The position numbers and the translations under genes are program-made. The notes under the pieces are model-generated. The model was not told where the DNA came from, did no database searches, and saw nothing but the letters and a program-made list of their open reading frames with translations. Below are positions 47,691 to 61,691 of a stretch of 64,000 nucleotides of DNA, piece after piece (position 1 is the stretch's first letter; every line of letters starts with the position of its first letter). The stretch comes from Selaginella moellendorffii. Its lineage: Eukaryota; Plantae; Lycopodiophyta. The stretch is from positions 4,648,389-4,712,388 of the forward strand of contig NW_003314262.1 in the NCBI RefSeq assembly GCF_000143415.4, given 5' to 3'.

Positions 47691-50015
47691 TCACGCTATG
47701 ACTTTGTAGGGATTAAGAATTCCGTTTGGGTCGAGCATAGCTTTCATCTTTCTCATCAATTCTACCTGCGAGAAAAGCAAAAGTTTCCAGAACTTTGAGA
47801 AGAAGTCGGATTTACCGTCTCGGGACTCCTGCTGTAGTGGATTGCGTGGGCTTTCATGAAGCCCAGCCCGTGCTCGGCGCTTACGCTGCCTTTGTGCGCC
47901 GCCGTCCACTCGTACACGAATGGTTCTATCTTTGCTAGGAGCTGTTCGTCAAGTCTAGAGATCTTAGAGACGAAAACACTTGAAACTTGGAAGAAAAAGC
48001 TTGCCTTTTCGTCGTAGTCTGGAGCGGAGATGTTTAGATGAAGATTTCCATCGCCGAGATGACCGTACGCTACCACTGTGGCTAATCCTTCTGTTCAAAA
48101 GAGCTTTTTAAGTCTATAGACAATTTCACTATTCGTTACCGAGTCGTTCACGAAGAATTTCCACGAGATTGTAGAGGTCTTTGATCGGTATTGAGAGATC
48201 GTATTTGTACACTGCTCCAGCCTTCCCCAGGGCTTCGGCAATTCCCTGAAACAAAGATGGAGAAAAGATTGTAACGAGGAAGTTGTAGAAACCATGCCTC
48301 TCTTATATGCCAGAAATTTGATATTTGAGTGTTGTCCTGTGCGATTGTGCCGTCGACAACGAGTCCTTGTGTAAGAACAGTCTCCACAAAGTTATCTAGC
48401 TTCTCCCTGTAAAAAAAACATAAGTACAGACATCCTAGGCGCGTGGATGTAATAGCTTACTTATCATGTGACTGGTTACTGCCTGTGGTTTCTATGAGAA
48501 GGTAAAATTTTTCCTTGGCATCGGGAAGTGGATGACGATCTCCGGAGTGTTTTAGCACCTAAAAGAAACTGATTTAGATAAAACATGAAATGGATCCCAT
48601 ACAAGTTCTTCGCTTACCATATCAAGCGCAAACGAATCAATAAACTCAAATGCCGACAGCACTTCGCCGAGATGTTTCCTTGCTTCGAGAAGCATTTTCT
48701 GTGGAGGAAACATCAGCAAACATGCGAAAAAGAGGATCACAATGTCGTTTCTTACCTGGCAGCTTGTGTAGTCTGTGCACGCCAGAAATCCCACATTCAC
48801 GGAAGGTAGCTTTTGTGGTGTCAGCACAGCCACTTTAGTCACCACTCCAAGTGTTCCCTCGGCTCCTGCTTAAACGCTTTGTAAGCAGTGATATGGAACT
48901 GCTTTGTAGAAATGAAACATACCAATGAAGAGCTGCTTCAAATCGTAGCCTGTGTTGTCCTTTCTTAAACTCGATAGCATATCCAGAATTGTTCCGTCTG
49001 ATAATACAACTTCAAGGCCTACAAGAAAGAAGAAAGTTTGAGACTTAGAAAGAGCAAAGCTACGATTTCTACCGAGAATGTTGCCATGCAGTGACCCGTA
49101 TCTTATCAAACGAAGGCCACCTGCGTTTGTCGAAACGTTTCCTCCGATCTGGCAGCTTCCTTTGGCTCCGAGGTCCAAGGGAAACATGAAACTTCGAGGG
49201 GATTAAGCCAAGATTAAACTGAAGTAAGTTTATACCCTTTGTCCGCAAGAAATTTGTCCAGTGTTTCCAAAATGCAGCCTGCTTCACAGATGAGAATACC
49301 ACTGACCTGCAAGGCTCGAGATTCGAATGGATGAGAAATCTAGAGAAACGAGAAGTCCCACCTCATCGAAGGAAATAATCGAGTTCATTGCTCCAAGATT
49401 GACTATAACCTGGTTGGATCATTCCAAAACTAGAGCTTGAAACAGATAAGTTTTTTTCATACCTCATCAAATACAGGAACGCTTCCTCCAACAAGCCCCG
49501 TGTTGCCACCTTGAGGAACAACAGCAATTCTTCTCGAACTGCTGTACTTCAGGATCTCGGCTACCTGGCCTGGAGGAACTAAGAACTTTGGAGAGAAAAC
49601 GTTTAATCGAGACACTCACTTGATTTGAAGATTGGGGGCGAAGGAGGAGCTGAGCGGATCCTTTGAACTTCCTCATCCAGTCCGTGTTGGCCACTTCCAA
49701 TTCATCCTTGTCCACAACCAGGCCCTTCGATCCCACTATCCCGGAGAAGTGCTTGATATCTTGATCATCCAGTGTTGCAAAGCGTTCATCTCTTACAACT
49801 TTGGAGGACGCTGGAACGCTGTAAGCTCGACAATTCTCTAGCCACTTCTTCCCTGGAGAAACTCGAGCGATCAAGTTTTGGAATGATAGAGAAAACTCAT
49901 GAAAGAAGAATGTGTACCGAGAGGTGTCCAGCGTCGTTGAGCTAGAATTCTCCTCATCTCCAGTAGAGCGAGCCCTAATAGAAAGTCTAGTAAGTAGTGT
50001 GCATCGTTTATTCAT
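47691..50015 (-). CDS. D2HGDH: Mitochondrial D-2-hydroxyglutarate dehydrogenase (FAD-linked oxidase); multi-exon
   Basis: [109 protein letters not shown]. Confidence 0.95.
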
Positions 50016-50055
50016 TCACCACTGCGACTTATTCCAGAAGAGAAGCTAGAAGGCT

Positions 50056-51481
50056 CTAAAACGGTCGAGCTCTATACATTGTCACCTCTTGTTGCTTGAA
50101 GTAGCGTCGATCTTCCTCGTCCACGAGCACCAGGTTGAGGTAGTACTTGACGCTAAATTTGTTGTTCACGTTGCGATACGTTGGCGTGAGATTGAAAGGA
50201 CTCAGAAACAAGCGAATTGGAACGGATTCTCCTGCCATAAAACAAAGTTAAAAAGAGGAACTTTCAGTCGATCATCAAGGACATACCACGAACAGGAGCT
50301 CCATCCATAAGTTCATACTTTGCAATCGTCTCGGTCTCGTTGTAAGTGTTTGGCCCCGAGCCAGTGGACTCCCGGCGTCTTACTTCAATCTCCATGTGTC
50401 GGATCTTGAGCCGGACGAGGAGAAAGAAAATCTTGCCAAGGATCACGTCCTTCAAGTGATATCTGAAAGGAAAAACTTGTTTTTCTCCAAGAGCTAACCA
50501 ACGTGAAGGCTTACTTGCTTTTGTTGTACTCGAACTCTATGTGTAGACAATCCTCAATCCCAACCTCCATCTAAGCACAAGTTGGTTTTTTTTAAAATAA
50601 AAAAGCAGTAAATTGTCGAAAAAAAAGAGAAGTACCACCTTGATAGAATTGTTGATTGCGGGAGGAGCCGAGAAATTGTGTACCTGGTTATGCAGGAAGT
50701 TAAGAAATAAGTCAGCCTTGTTTGCTCAAGATCATACCCAGAAGTCCTTGCTCTCTGTAAGATTCGACAAATAGTTTCTGCTAACAGTGACTTTCAGTAT
50801 ATACCTACAAGAAAGAAAGAAAAAAGCATTGACAAAAAGAGAGAGAAAAAAACATGAACACTAACCTCAATCTCACGTTTGTGCCGTTGTAGGATTCATA
50901 CGGCATTTCCACCGCTGAGAACTCAAAAGGATAGACTTTTCTCTCCGCAATCTCTCCCAAGACATCCAGCTCCCTCACTGGAAAAAGTTGGAGTATATAG
51001 AACTAGAAACTAAAGCTACCAAGTGATGTGAAATCGTAGTAATTCCCGCGATCGAAATAGAGCTCTGTGAAGTTTTTCGTGTGAGCAAAAAAAGAGAGCT
51101 GTTCTATAAAACAGTACCAATCTGCCCGAGTAGCTCGATCTTCACACCGGTATGCTCAAGCTTTCTTCCAGGCAATGGATCGATACGAACCTGTTGTTCC
51201 ATGCTAGAAAAATTCCATGACGAGCTAAACAGCCATACCTCTCCATGAAGGCTCTCTTGGCTGTGAAAAATCGGCAGACCATTGCCCTTCTACAACACAA
51301 TGTAAAACCATTAGCGGAAAGAAGAGGAAGAAATACAGAGAAATCGATACATAGTTTCTTCTGGTATCACTCTCGGCAAGCACGATCGCGATCACGCAAG
51401 GCGATTTGAAAGCGCCGACGATTAGATCCTGCCAGAGAAAGAGATCATATCAGTGTAAGAACAAAGATCACACCACACCAT
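50056..51481 (-). CDS. VPS26: Retromer subunit VPS26; multi-exon
   Basis: ATG-only first coding exon (51479-51481), LIVGAFKSPC, KLEHTGVKIELLGQI, YPFEFSAVEMPYESYNGTNVRL, MEVGIEDCLHIEFEYNK, KYELMDGAPVRGESVPIRLFL, DEEDRRYFKQQE. Confidence 0.95.
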
Positions 51482-51614
51482 TGCGCTTGCTCCGGGATGA
51501 TAGAACCCTACATTCCATTTTAAGTACGTGGCACAATGTGAAAGTGACACGTCACAAACTTGGGATATTGATATTTAACTTAGATTAAACTTAAACTTAA
51601 ATTTAAAGGTTTGT

Positions 51615-52093
51615 TCAAGCAAAGCCATTGTCGTTATAGAGGCAATCCTTGAGGTCAATGGTGCTGGTCACAGCGCTTCCATCCTTGTCATTGCAAGTTG
51701 TAGTGAAATCGTGCTCTGTGAAGAAGCGATCTGCTGCTATATAGAATTCGCTGAATTTTGAGTACCGCCAAACTGTGGGGTAAACCTCACTGCAAGTGAA
51801 CGTCTTGTTGGGGCTAACCTGGATGCACCATGCCAAGTTGATGCTCGTCAGAGCATAGAGCCGGCCTGTGGTCCTTTGGCACTTGAAATTTGGTGCTGAC
51901 GACTGGCAAGGAGCGGCATGAGGTGGAATCCTGAACTCTGCACAATGTTCAAACAAGCCACACACATTCATATAAGCCAATGCCACTATAAGTACTAAGA
52001 AGAACAATATCATGGACTCACAGTGGCCTGTGATGGAGTGCCCATGAGCAGCAGGACCATGGAGAAGCTAAGAAGGACAGCAAACGATGCCAT
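51615..52093 (-). pseudogene. CVNH lectin paralogue, probably a pseudogene
   Basis: Signal exon 52022-52093 (MASFAVLLSFSMVLLLMGTPSQAT) and the same intron position, but spliced exon 2 is out of frame. The C-terminal NIECCKEFRPS and the TATA-box segment are deleted relative to the 43064-43607 copy. Confidence 0.75.
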
Positions 52094-52314
52094 GACTTTG
52101 AGAAACATGAATGGCTAGCTCTTGGCCAAGCTCATTACTGCTTTGACAGCTCTCTAGGTAATAACATCAAATTCAAAAAGGCTGTGATCCACCCAGTCTC
52201 GAATAAAAGCAACTTTGGTGATGGGAACACCTGAGATCAAAACCAGCACCACCAGGCAGTGTTATATCTATTTGAGAAGATTAGCTAATTAATGGATTTC
52301 AAAGCTGTTGACAA

Positions 52315-52464
52315 TATGAGTAAGGAATATACTATAAATATTTAAGTATATCATTAAATCTCTCAAATTATTTTTAAATATGATTTATTATTAATTTTAT
52401 TACTAATCACTAATATTATGGAAATAAAATATACACATTTATTTGATTAGCCCCAAAATGCTAG

Positions 52465-52536
<72 letters not shown>

Positions 52537-53550
52537 GGTTAAAATTGAAATCAATCTGGTAACTATCAAAATCCCACTACACTAATATTAATATATAATA
52601 TCATAACTATTTAGTTGGACTTTACATCATCTCCCTCTTTCAGAAGGAAGGATGAAAGGCAATTAGAGTTTAAAATTAAACTCAATACATGAGAGTTCTT
52701 GTCAAGCTAATGTAAGTGATTAATGTTTCCATTCTATTTTAGTTATTTAACCACACCTTTGATAATTTAGAAGAATCTCATTCATAATATCCATAAGTAT
52801 TATTTCTGATTTAGGGACTTGCTAGCCCCATCTGTGAATAGCCTCTATACCATTTTAATTTTGCATTTAGTACAAGTGTTTCATGTGTCCAATCCCACTA
52901 CAGATATCTAAAAGTATTATTAACATATCAACCCATTAAACTAAAGCTATATTCATTCACCTTTTTTCATTAATGGTCTAAAACCACCCATACCACCATT
53001 TCCTAAAGATTGTGTTATCCATCCATGAGTAGTCATCCCATGACCACACTTTAGCATCCTTAGAGTGCCTGAAAATATGCAGTAATATTTACTAACATTG
53101 TCATTATATCAGGGCCCGAAGGCTTGACCACTAAATCTTATTAACTTATAGGACTTCTTCACTATATGATTATACCTTTGGTCACTATGCAAAAGGTTTA
53201 CTCTTTTTCTTTTCCACAAGGATGATATTTTGAAACACTATAGCTCTATACAAGCCTTGTGGATACTCCCCTTACCTTTTGCCTTTGGATGCTTTAGTTA
53301 TATGGCTAAAATGAGGTTTTGATGAGCCACACTAAATATCTAAGTAAGTAGTGCCACTCACACTTAGATTAGAAGCATTGATCATTCGATTTCCCAAAGG
53401 AGTTAAAACTAGCTTTTGAACACTTTACAAAATTACCCTAAGTCACATTGGCCTTTTTTGGCCAAACTAGTTCTACTGGAGTGCAACTCTACACTCTCCC
53501 TACTATCATTTGACAATTGTTTTAGGCTTTCACCCACCAACTTGTATTAA
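52315..53550 (-). mobile_element. Old Gypsy-type element remnant: degenerate 3' LTR (52315-52626), PPT and decayed internal sequence
   Basis: LTR aligns with 61692-61866 (ATTAGCCC..CTAGCTTATA..CAAAATCCCACTAC.CTAATATTA.TATATA) and is followed by TCATCTCCCTCTT (PPT on minus). Extent of the internal part is uncertain. Confidence 0.7.
52467..52531. repeat. (TA)n microsatellite inside the old LTR
   Basis: About 32 TA units where the sister LTR has only TATATA. Confidence 0.95.
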
Positions 53551-53554
53551 TATT

Positions 53555-53785
53555 TGGACTTGGACTTGGATTTGAGTTTGGATTTGGTCTCGGTCTTAGT
53601 CTTAATCTCAGTCTCAAACTTCATCTTAGACTTAGTCTCAATCTTTATTTGGACTCTATCTCAGACTTCATCTTGGATTCCTTCTTGGATTCCATTTCAT
53701 ACTCCATCTTACACTCCACCTTGGATGCCATCTTGAACTCCTTTTTAGACTCTATTTTAGACTCTTTCTTGGACTCTATCTCAGG
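53555..53785. repeat. 6/12-bp minisatellite (TTGGAC / TTGGACTCTATC-like)
   Basis: Visible tandem degenerate units. Confidence 0.8.
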
Positions 53786-53867
53786 CTCATACCCAACCTT
53801 TTATATGTTACAACACTTGTTATGTGTTAGTCCTTTTGATGTCCCTTTCTAGAGACGTGTTCACCGA

Positions 53868-56800
53868 TGTAGTGCATGTGGTTTTTACTCTATATCCTAT
53901 GGTGATTTACCATAGGATAACCATGAAGCAGAACCTAAACCCTCTATGTGCCACATGTCATATGCCACGTGTCCAAAAGACAGTGGTGTGGAACTCGAGT
54001 TTCAGGGATTTGGGCCACTAAATAAAGAAACGGTGCCAAACTCCCATGGAGCCAAAGAGTGATGGAACTGGACCATGGAGCAACTCCTGAGTATATAACC
54101 TAAGGAGCGAAGGGACAAAAGCCCAAAGCAACTTAGAATAGTCCTAGAATAACTAGCATCCCAAACGGAGCCAAACAAAGTTTGGTGCTATTTCGGCATA
54201 TCAGTGGGCTAATGCAAGGATATGGGTACTCCACCAGCTAGCATAGTGTGGAGCTTGGGCTTAGACCCAAGTCAGATGTAAAACAAGGATACGTACGCAA
54301 GCAAGAGCTAAATTATGCCTCAAGTTGGTCAAGCATGCCCGACCTACCCACTATCCCTACTATACATTTGAAACCCCCCACAGTGGCCCCCCCTTGAGGA
54401 ACACACGCTTTGGGCTTTCACCCCAAGCTTTCTTTAGTATCAGGAGTTAGTCTCTGGGACAAGCTCGAAATTTACTAAATATGGAATATCCCTAGATTGC
54501 AAATTTGGACACGGGACGAACACCATTATGTTCAATAGAATCTCTACATTTTATAGATATGCCAAATGAGCAAATTTAAACACTTTCCATAAATAGCATT
54601 TGGGACCAAAATGAGACTAACACAAAGGGCATGATAGTGAGGGTGTTTGGCAGACACGGTAAGCTATTATCCAGCAATATTGAGGGACTAATCTCAATGC
54701 GCAAGGGTTCTTGAAGACAGAGCAAAAAAGAACTAAGAGCCAAGCCAAGTATGCTCAGCTAGAAACACATAGGAGTTCCTACTTTATGTCCATTTGGATA
54801 AGTACATATGCAAAGTCCAGTTTACTAACACTTGAAAAGGAGGTGTTGATAAAAAGAACTAGCAAAACCAACTTCCTGCCATCGTGGCAGTAAAGAAAGA
54901 GTGTTTATAAGGACTAGTTGACAAGTAACTTTTGATACTCGAAGTCACATTCGCGACACTCCCCCCCCTAGGGAAGGTCGATGTCCTCGTCGATGCATAC
55001 TCAAGTCTAAACTGCTGCCAAGGCAACAACTTTAGAAAAAGTTCATGGTGATCACACTATGTGACAAATGCACTAACTTAAATGAGTTAGGAGGCAACCT
55101 CTTTGTCTAACGTGGATGCGCTACTAGCTTAGACGCCTTCTGGCCGTCGCCGACAAGGAAATGACAAACAGAGTTAACCACCCTTGCTGCTCTGGGTGTC
55201 ACCCAGCTTACAAAAGTGTGATACGCCCTTGCCCACAGGGACATAGAGAGAGAAGCCAAAGGCCCCAACCCTCATGAGCAAACAAACCAAACCTGTTAGT
55301 ATGGTTTAAATAGACTACTGTAAACAAGCAGTTAGAGTTGTTTATATGGTCATGCCCTTTTAAATGACATAAAGAACATCGATAGAGAGGCAGGTGATGT
55401 GATCAGTCGATAGTAGCTACCCCATGACTAAAGATTTCATTATGCATACGAAGTGCCAAAGCCAGTCTGCCTATACTGGCCCAAACTCAAAGATCAATAT
55501 ATAGACAATATCAAAGTCATAGACAATGATATCTTAGAGACTTAATTATTAGTGAATAAAGCTTAGTTTAGAACACCAAAGTATTCCAAGTAAGTTATCA
55601 TTTGATAAATTAAAATTATAGTAGAGGAATCATCAAGATCACTACCATTGGAAAACATAAGATTCACCATCTAAAAATATTCAATAGCCAATGTATCATC
55701 AAGGAAACTCAATGATAAAACTCAACTACCAAAGATTGTAGATAACATGCCAAAAAACTTACAAAAGACAGTACAAAGAATATAAAGTATTATTGACTGA
55801 TAAGCAAAATGCTCGTGAATGTATCACCCGATGGAGAGAACATCCTAATCTATCAAAACTAACTTGAGCAACAATCAACAAAACAGAATGAATGCGGTAG
55901 AACCAACAAACATTCGTTCATACCAACTATCGCACTAGTCAATCGGAATAGATCCTAGTCAATAATACTAAGGAATCAGAGTTGCTCAAGCAAGTGTCAG
56001 CAACATTCTATTGATGTCTTAGACCTAAGAGACTAATCTAGAGCAAACCACAAAGAACATGTGGTATTACAAAAAGCCATAAGCCAGCAAAGAGAACAAC
56101 TAACTATCATGAAAGATCATTAATAATCCCATCAATAAAGAGATGCATAATCATCATCGAAGAATGACAAATCATTTTAGATCAACAATGATCAAGCAAA
56201 ACTTTTGACAAGGCTAATTAACTATCCTAGATGATAGTTAATTATCACCATTGATTGCCAGATGCAAATACTAACTTTAATATCAAACCTAATGAGTTAA
56301 ACTATCTTCCCTAACAACTTCTAACAAATGGAACAATGAGCATAAAACTTAAAGAACTAAAAGCTCAAAGAAGCCTATAGCCAAGTCATACTTAACAATG
56401 ATCATGAGTTTTATATGAACTAATTTCAATGCTAAAGAAGAAATCATGGTGCAACCCACAATATTCTCCTCAACAAATTCATAAGCTAAACTTCATAATG
56501 CAAAGTTAATGAAGAGCATATTTGCATTAATTCAAAAGCCAAGCACAATGAAGCTATACTCCACAAATGATCATAAAATCGATCCTCTATAAATCCATCT
56601 ATAGAAAGAGGTACCTCACCTTTATAACAAGCTCAAGAAGAATCATCAATGATCAATATATTCCAACTCAAATCTAACAAAATTCAAGCATTTCAATATT
56701 GATCACTAACTCTTCATCTCATAAAGCTAATATAGTTCACGATTGAATCACTTTTCAAGGAAAAGCCAAAACTCAACTCCTATTAAATAATCTCATCTAG

Positions 56801-59800
56801 AACACAACTAACTCAAACTTGCTACTCAGTTCATTTGAACGTCAACATAGTTGCTAACTAGTAAATGCATAGATGCCAATAACCGAAAGCTACAGCCAAA
56901 TCACTAACACTATCGGGATCAAGACTAATAAAACTCAATATCAATTCTATAAAGAGACATCTCATTTCACTCAAGTCTTAACATCAATATTGTCAACGAT
57001 AAATATCACTTCAATGCCATCAACACTAGAACAAAGCTAAAAGAAAGCAAGAGTGAATCACTACCCAAAACTTTATAGTAACCAAGTTAATCAAAGTCGA
57101 AGATACTTTAGTCAGTATCTGAGACCAATTCTTCAACAATACTCAGCTATAGATAACACATCATCAAGGAGTAATTCACCACATTTAAGACTCAATATAA
57201 TCCAACATTATGAACTAAATGTAATCAAATGATATCGACAAAGGTAGAATCGATATGCCAACATAGAAAAACCATGTAAGTCTAACGACATGATCTTCCG
57301 CAACACCATCCGGTAAAGCAAGCCCATCACTGCTAAATCATCTTCGAGTGAAACAAGTGTTAAATAGTCCTCGACGAAGTCTACAAGTAATCACTAGTCA
57401 TAGAGCAACCAACAATCACTTTTCAACTTGCCTTCACAAAACCCAAACACTAAACTCATGTCATCAAGTTATATACTTATCCAATATGAACATAATATCC
57501 CAAATACGAGATAAAAGTTTGTGGACAAGCATGAACTAAATAACCACTTGAATCCAACTCAACCGCAATAAGCTCACCAATACGTCTAGTCAACATCTCT
57601 GAGCATGCCTTGAAGAGGCTAGCTATGCATGATCAACACTCAGTCGAAATTAAAGTGAAGACCATAAGATGGACTCATATCTTCTCACAACCTTCTTATA
57701 GACAAAGCTATAGTATGGGTACCTTAGCTTCAAAAGTTAACATCCTTTTCGGGCTGCATCATACAAACTATCTACTAAGGTTTAGGTTAACTAAGGTCAA
57801 CTCCAACCCCTTCACTAATTTGTATTGGCTCATGAAAAAGGAATGATTTTGGAAAAAGTGATCAATAGATCAGCCATTGGAAAAGTCTAAGAAAATTTAT
57901 GGAAAAAATTTCAATCCTAGAAAAAGAATGACTTTTAGTCCAGGAATGCAAACTTTCAAAACTCAACCAACTTCCTCCTACCAACAACTTCACATAAATT
58001 CACCTTAACATAAATTCTCAAGACCCATAGTATGCTTAAGCCTCAAACATCATGCCCACATTTCCGACATCTAACACCGACATTCGCAATATACAAAAGG
58101 AACATCCAAGATTCAATCACAAAGACCATATCTTCGGATATCCAAATTGCACTAACACTCTTTTTCAACCACTTTCAAGACTCAATGTGAAGCCAAAACA
58201 CTAATAAGAAAAATGAAATGGAAAATCAAACTCTAAGAAAAAATCCTCATCACTTGAAATAACAATGCCACTTCCACTAATACAAGTGTTAGCAATGTCA
58301 ATGCCTCAGCTACACACTTTCTCCATTTAACAATCTACTCCAAGTGCTAACAGACAAACCAACAAGCTATAGCAAGTGAATGCGATAACCCTTTCCAACA
58401 TTACAATAGGCAAACTCAAGGAAACAAGGTACCAACATAAGCTTACCATAATGGATCACCATTAAGAATTCAGTCAAAGCTACTACAATGCTACTTCATG
58501 CAAGTAGATTAGCATCACTATCAACCACTTTAGGGTTGATCATCATTTAACCAAGCAACTTCGTAAACACATTGCTTATTATCACATGGATATGATATAA
58601 GTATCACAATGACTTGATCATCCATTGAGCAACACTACAAGCAATGCCCATGTCATTACTTCAAATATTTATGTGAATATCAAGTGCCAACTCAATTTGA
58701 TAAAATGCAATATAAATGCCATACTCCACCGATAGAGATTTACAACACCTAACACCACTAACTTTTGTTCACAACATGGACAAGCTCATGTCACTCTCTT
58801 TCCCACCAAACTCAAAACTAATCCAACACTAAGCTACTCAAGGAGCAATAGCAAGGTTCCCTGAAAAAGAATTGAGCATTATAACCCAAGTCTTCTAATA
58901 GCGCTTCACTGCTATCCATCCCATAATTCACCACTAGTAAGACCATTATACCCAACATGCATCAAGATAGGGACTCTTGATTGCACGATATGAACACGAG
59001 CAATGAGTTAACACCTCATTGCAAATCATTTCTCCAAGAAAAGAAGATGATTTACGTGTTTAATCCTTCGTCTTTGAGAACTTTCTTTTTGGTCTTATCT
59101 TTGACTAAACCTCAAGCTTGTGTTCGCACTACCTTCACTCCAATCCAAGAAAAGATTATAAGAGAGCATGGCAATGATTACTTGAACCAATAGACTAATC
59201 TCTATAGTCTTGATTGATCCACTCATAATCATGCCAAGGATCCACTAGTGCCATGCTAAATAGCTACGGATTAGCCTATTTGCCACTCATAGCAAACCTA
59301 GGGAAAGTTTACTTTCACCCATGGTACATGGAACAACTTATGGAACCATTAGAACAACTTATAGGACCACCGATAGGTTAACATTAATCCTGCCAACTCA
59401 AAGTGCAACCTTGAGTTGCTAATGTGCCTCACGAGCCCAAGCGAAAACTCGTGCAAACAGAACGACTCAAATACATCCTATGAGCCCAAGAGCAAACTCA
59501 TATTATTATGGTACAAAAAGGTAACCAAATCCATACCCAAGGAACGATTGCAAAGTCATTGCACCCAAACGTGTACTCACTTGAATCATCGTTTTCATCT
59601 CTATGTATGCAAATAGATTAATTGCCCAATCTCATTGGATAGTACTCATTGAGACGTATCCTTTGATACCACATGTAGTACACGTGGTTTTTACCTTTTA
59701 TCCTATGGTGATTTACCATAGGATAACCATGAAGCAGAACCTAAACCTCTATATGCCACATGTTATATGCCATGTGTCCAAAGGACAGTGGTATGGAACC

Positions 59801-60801
59801 TGAGTTTTAGGGGCCACTAAATAAAGAAATGGTGCCAAACTCCCAAGCATGGAGCCGGATCACCACCACCCGAGGTGCTCCCTTTTTCGACAAGGAGTGA
59901 TGGAACCGGACCATGGAGCAACTCCCGAGTATACAACCCAAGGAGCGAAGGGACAAGAGCCCGGAGCAACTTGGAACAGTCTTAGAACAACCAACATCCC
60001 AATATTAGGACTAGCACGCAAAACGGAGCCAAACAAAGTTTTGCACTATTTTGGCATACTAATGGCCTAATGCAAGGATATGGGTACTCCACCAGCTAGT
60101 ATGGTGTGGAGCTTGGGCTTAAACTAGACACAAAACAAGGATAGGCACGCAAGCAGAAGCTAAATTATGCCTCAAGTTGGTCGACCATACCCAGCCTACC
60201 CACTATCCCTACTATATATTTGGAACCCCCCACAATGGCCCACCCTTGAGGAACACACGCTTTGGGCTTTCACCCCAAGCCTCCTTTAGTATCAAGAGTT
60301 AGTCTCTAGGACAAGTTTGAAACCTACTAAATATGGAATGTCTCTAGATTACGAATTTGAACACAGGACGAATACCATTGTGTTCAGGAGAATCTTTACA
60401 TTCTATAGATATGCCAAATGAGTAAATTTGGACACTTTCCATAAATAGCATTTGGGACCGAAATGAGACTAACATAAAGGGCATGATAGCGAGGGTGTTT
60501 GGTAGACACAGTAAACTATCATCCAGCAATATTGAGGGACTAATCTCAATACGCAAGGGTTCTTGCCAAGTTAGTGCAAGACAGAGCAAAAGAGAACTAA
60601 GAGTAAGGCCGAGTATGCTCAACTAGAAACACATAGGAGTTTAAGTATAGATGCAAAGTCCAGTTTACTAACGCTTGAACAAAGGGGGCTGATAAAGGGA
60701 ACTAGCAAAACTGACTTCCTACTATCGTAGCAGTAAGGAAAGAGTGTCTGTAAGGACTGGCCAACAGATAACTTTTGATACCTAAAGTCACATTCGTGAC
60801 A
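53868..60801 (-). mobile_element. Decayed LTR retrotransposon with ~1.1-kb LTRs (53868-54958 and 59674-60801)
   Basis: Both LTRs run TGTAGT..GACA on + and are collinear. On minus, PBS TGGTATCAAAG follows the 5' LTR (~59661-59671) and PPT AGGGGGGGGAG precedes the 3' LTR (54959-54970). No long internal ORF; a YDFDIVY remnant (~55500-55522) hints at Gypsy RNase H. No matching TSD. Confidence 0.88.
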
Positions 60802-60984
60802 CTCAATCATTTTGTATTTGTTTCTTAAACACTTTTTTAAGAGTTTTACTTCCACTCTTGATTTTTCAAGTTAAAACTTTTGGTCCAAACATGTTACATT
60901 TATTGGACTTTTGCTTTAGCCATTGCCACATAGCCTATTTTTGGCTCCACTTTGGGATTTAGGGATTTATATTTTATAGCTAGT

Positions 60985-61222
60985 GCAAGACATGGCAAAA
61001 GAGGATTAAGAGCTGAGAATGTTTAGCAAGAAACACATAGAAGTTCTTATATTATGTTTATCTAGTTAAGTATAGATGTTAAACTCAATTTATTAACACT
61101 TGAATAAAAGGAGCTGAAAAGGGAATTAGCAATACTAATCTCCTGCTGTCGTGGTAGTAAAGAAAAAAATCTAAAAGACTTATTGATAAATGAGTTTTAA
61201 TACCCACAATCACATTTATAAC
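60985..61222 (-). mobile_element. Older partial LTR of the same family as 53868-60801
   Basis: AGAAACACATAG.AGTTC..TTTA.TAACACTTGAA..GTGG.AGTAAAG..TCACATT.ATAACA resembles 54720-54958. Confidence 0.7.
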
Positions 61223-61691
61223 ACTCTTGGGCCTAGTAAAACTCATTGTATTTCTAAATGAGTTTGTGGCAACTTTATCTAGTGCTACCAACTTATTAAA
61301 GTGTGCTTCTGATGTTGTTTTGAGTGTTTACAGATATTTTATAGATTTTTTAAAATGTTTTCTAGAGTATTTTTGCTTAAATATTTACATTTTCTTGACT
61401 GGAAAGTGAAGTTTACTTAATAAACCAAAGAATTTACATTCTTGGTGTGGTGTGATTTTGTGAGAGGTGTATTTTTGAAACTTTAGTAATCTATTTAAAA
61501 AGAATTTCAAGAAAATGTTGAAAACATTTTATCTAAGTATAATGCTATCAAATAAAATATAGCAACAAGATTATTGTTTTAAACTAATTTTATATTAATA
61601 AAAATAAATGAAATAATAACCAACCAATGTGCCAATGAAGCTAAATAAATTGTATTATTATTACTGGAAAGAATAATAATAAAAATAGTAG

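Noticed and set aside
53554-53852. ORFs MDLDLDL.. and MDSISDFILDS..
   Set aside because: Translation of a minisatellite, not evidence of a gene.
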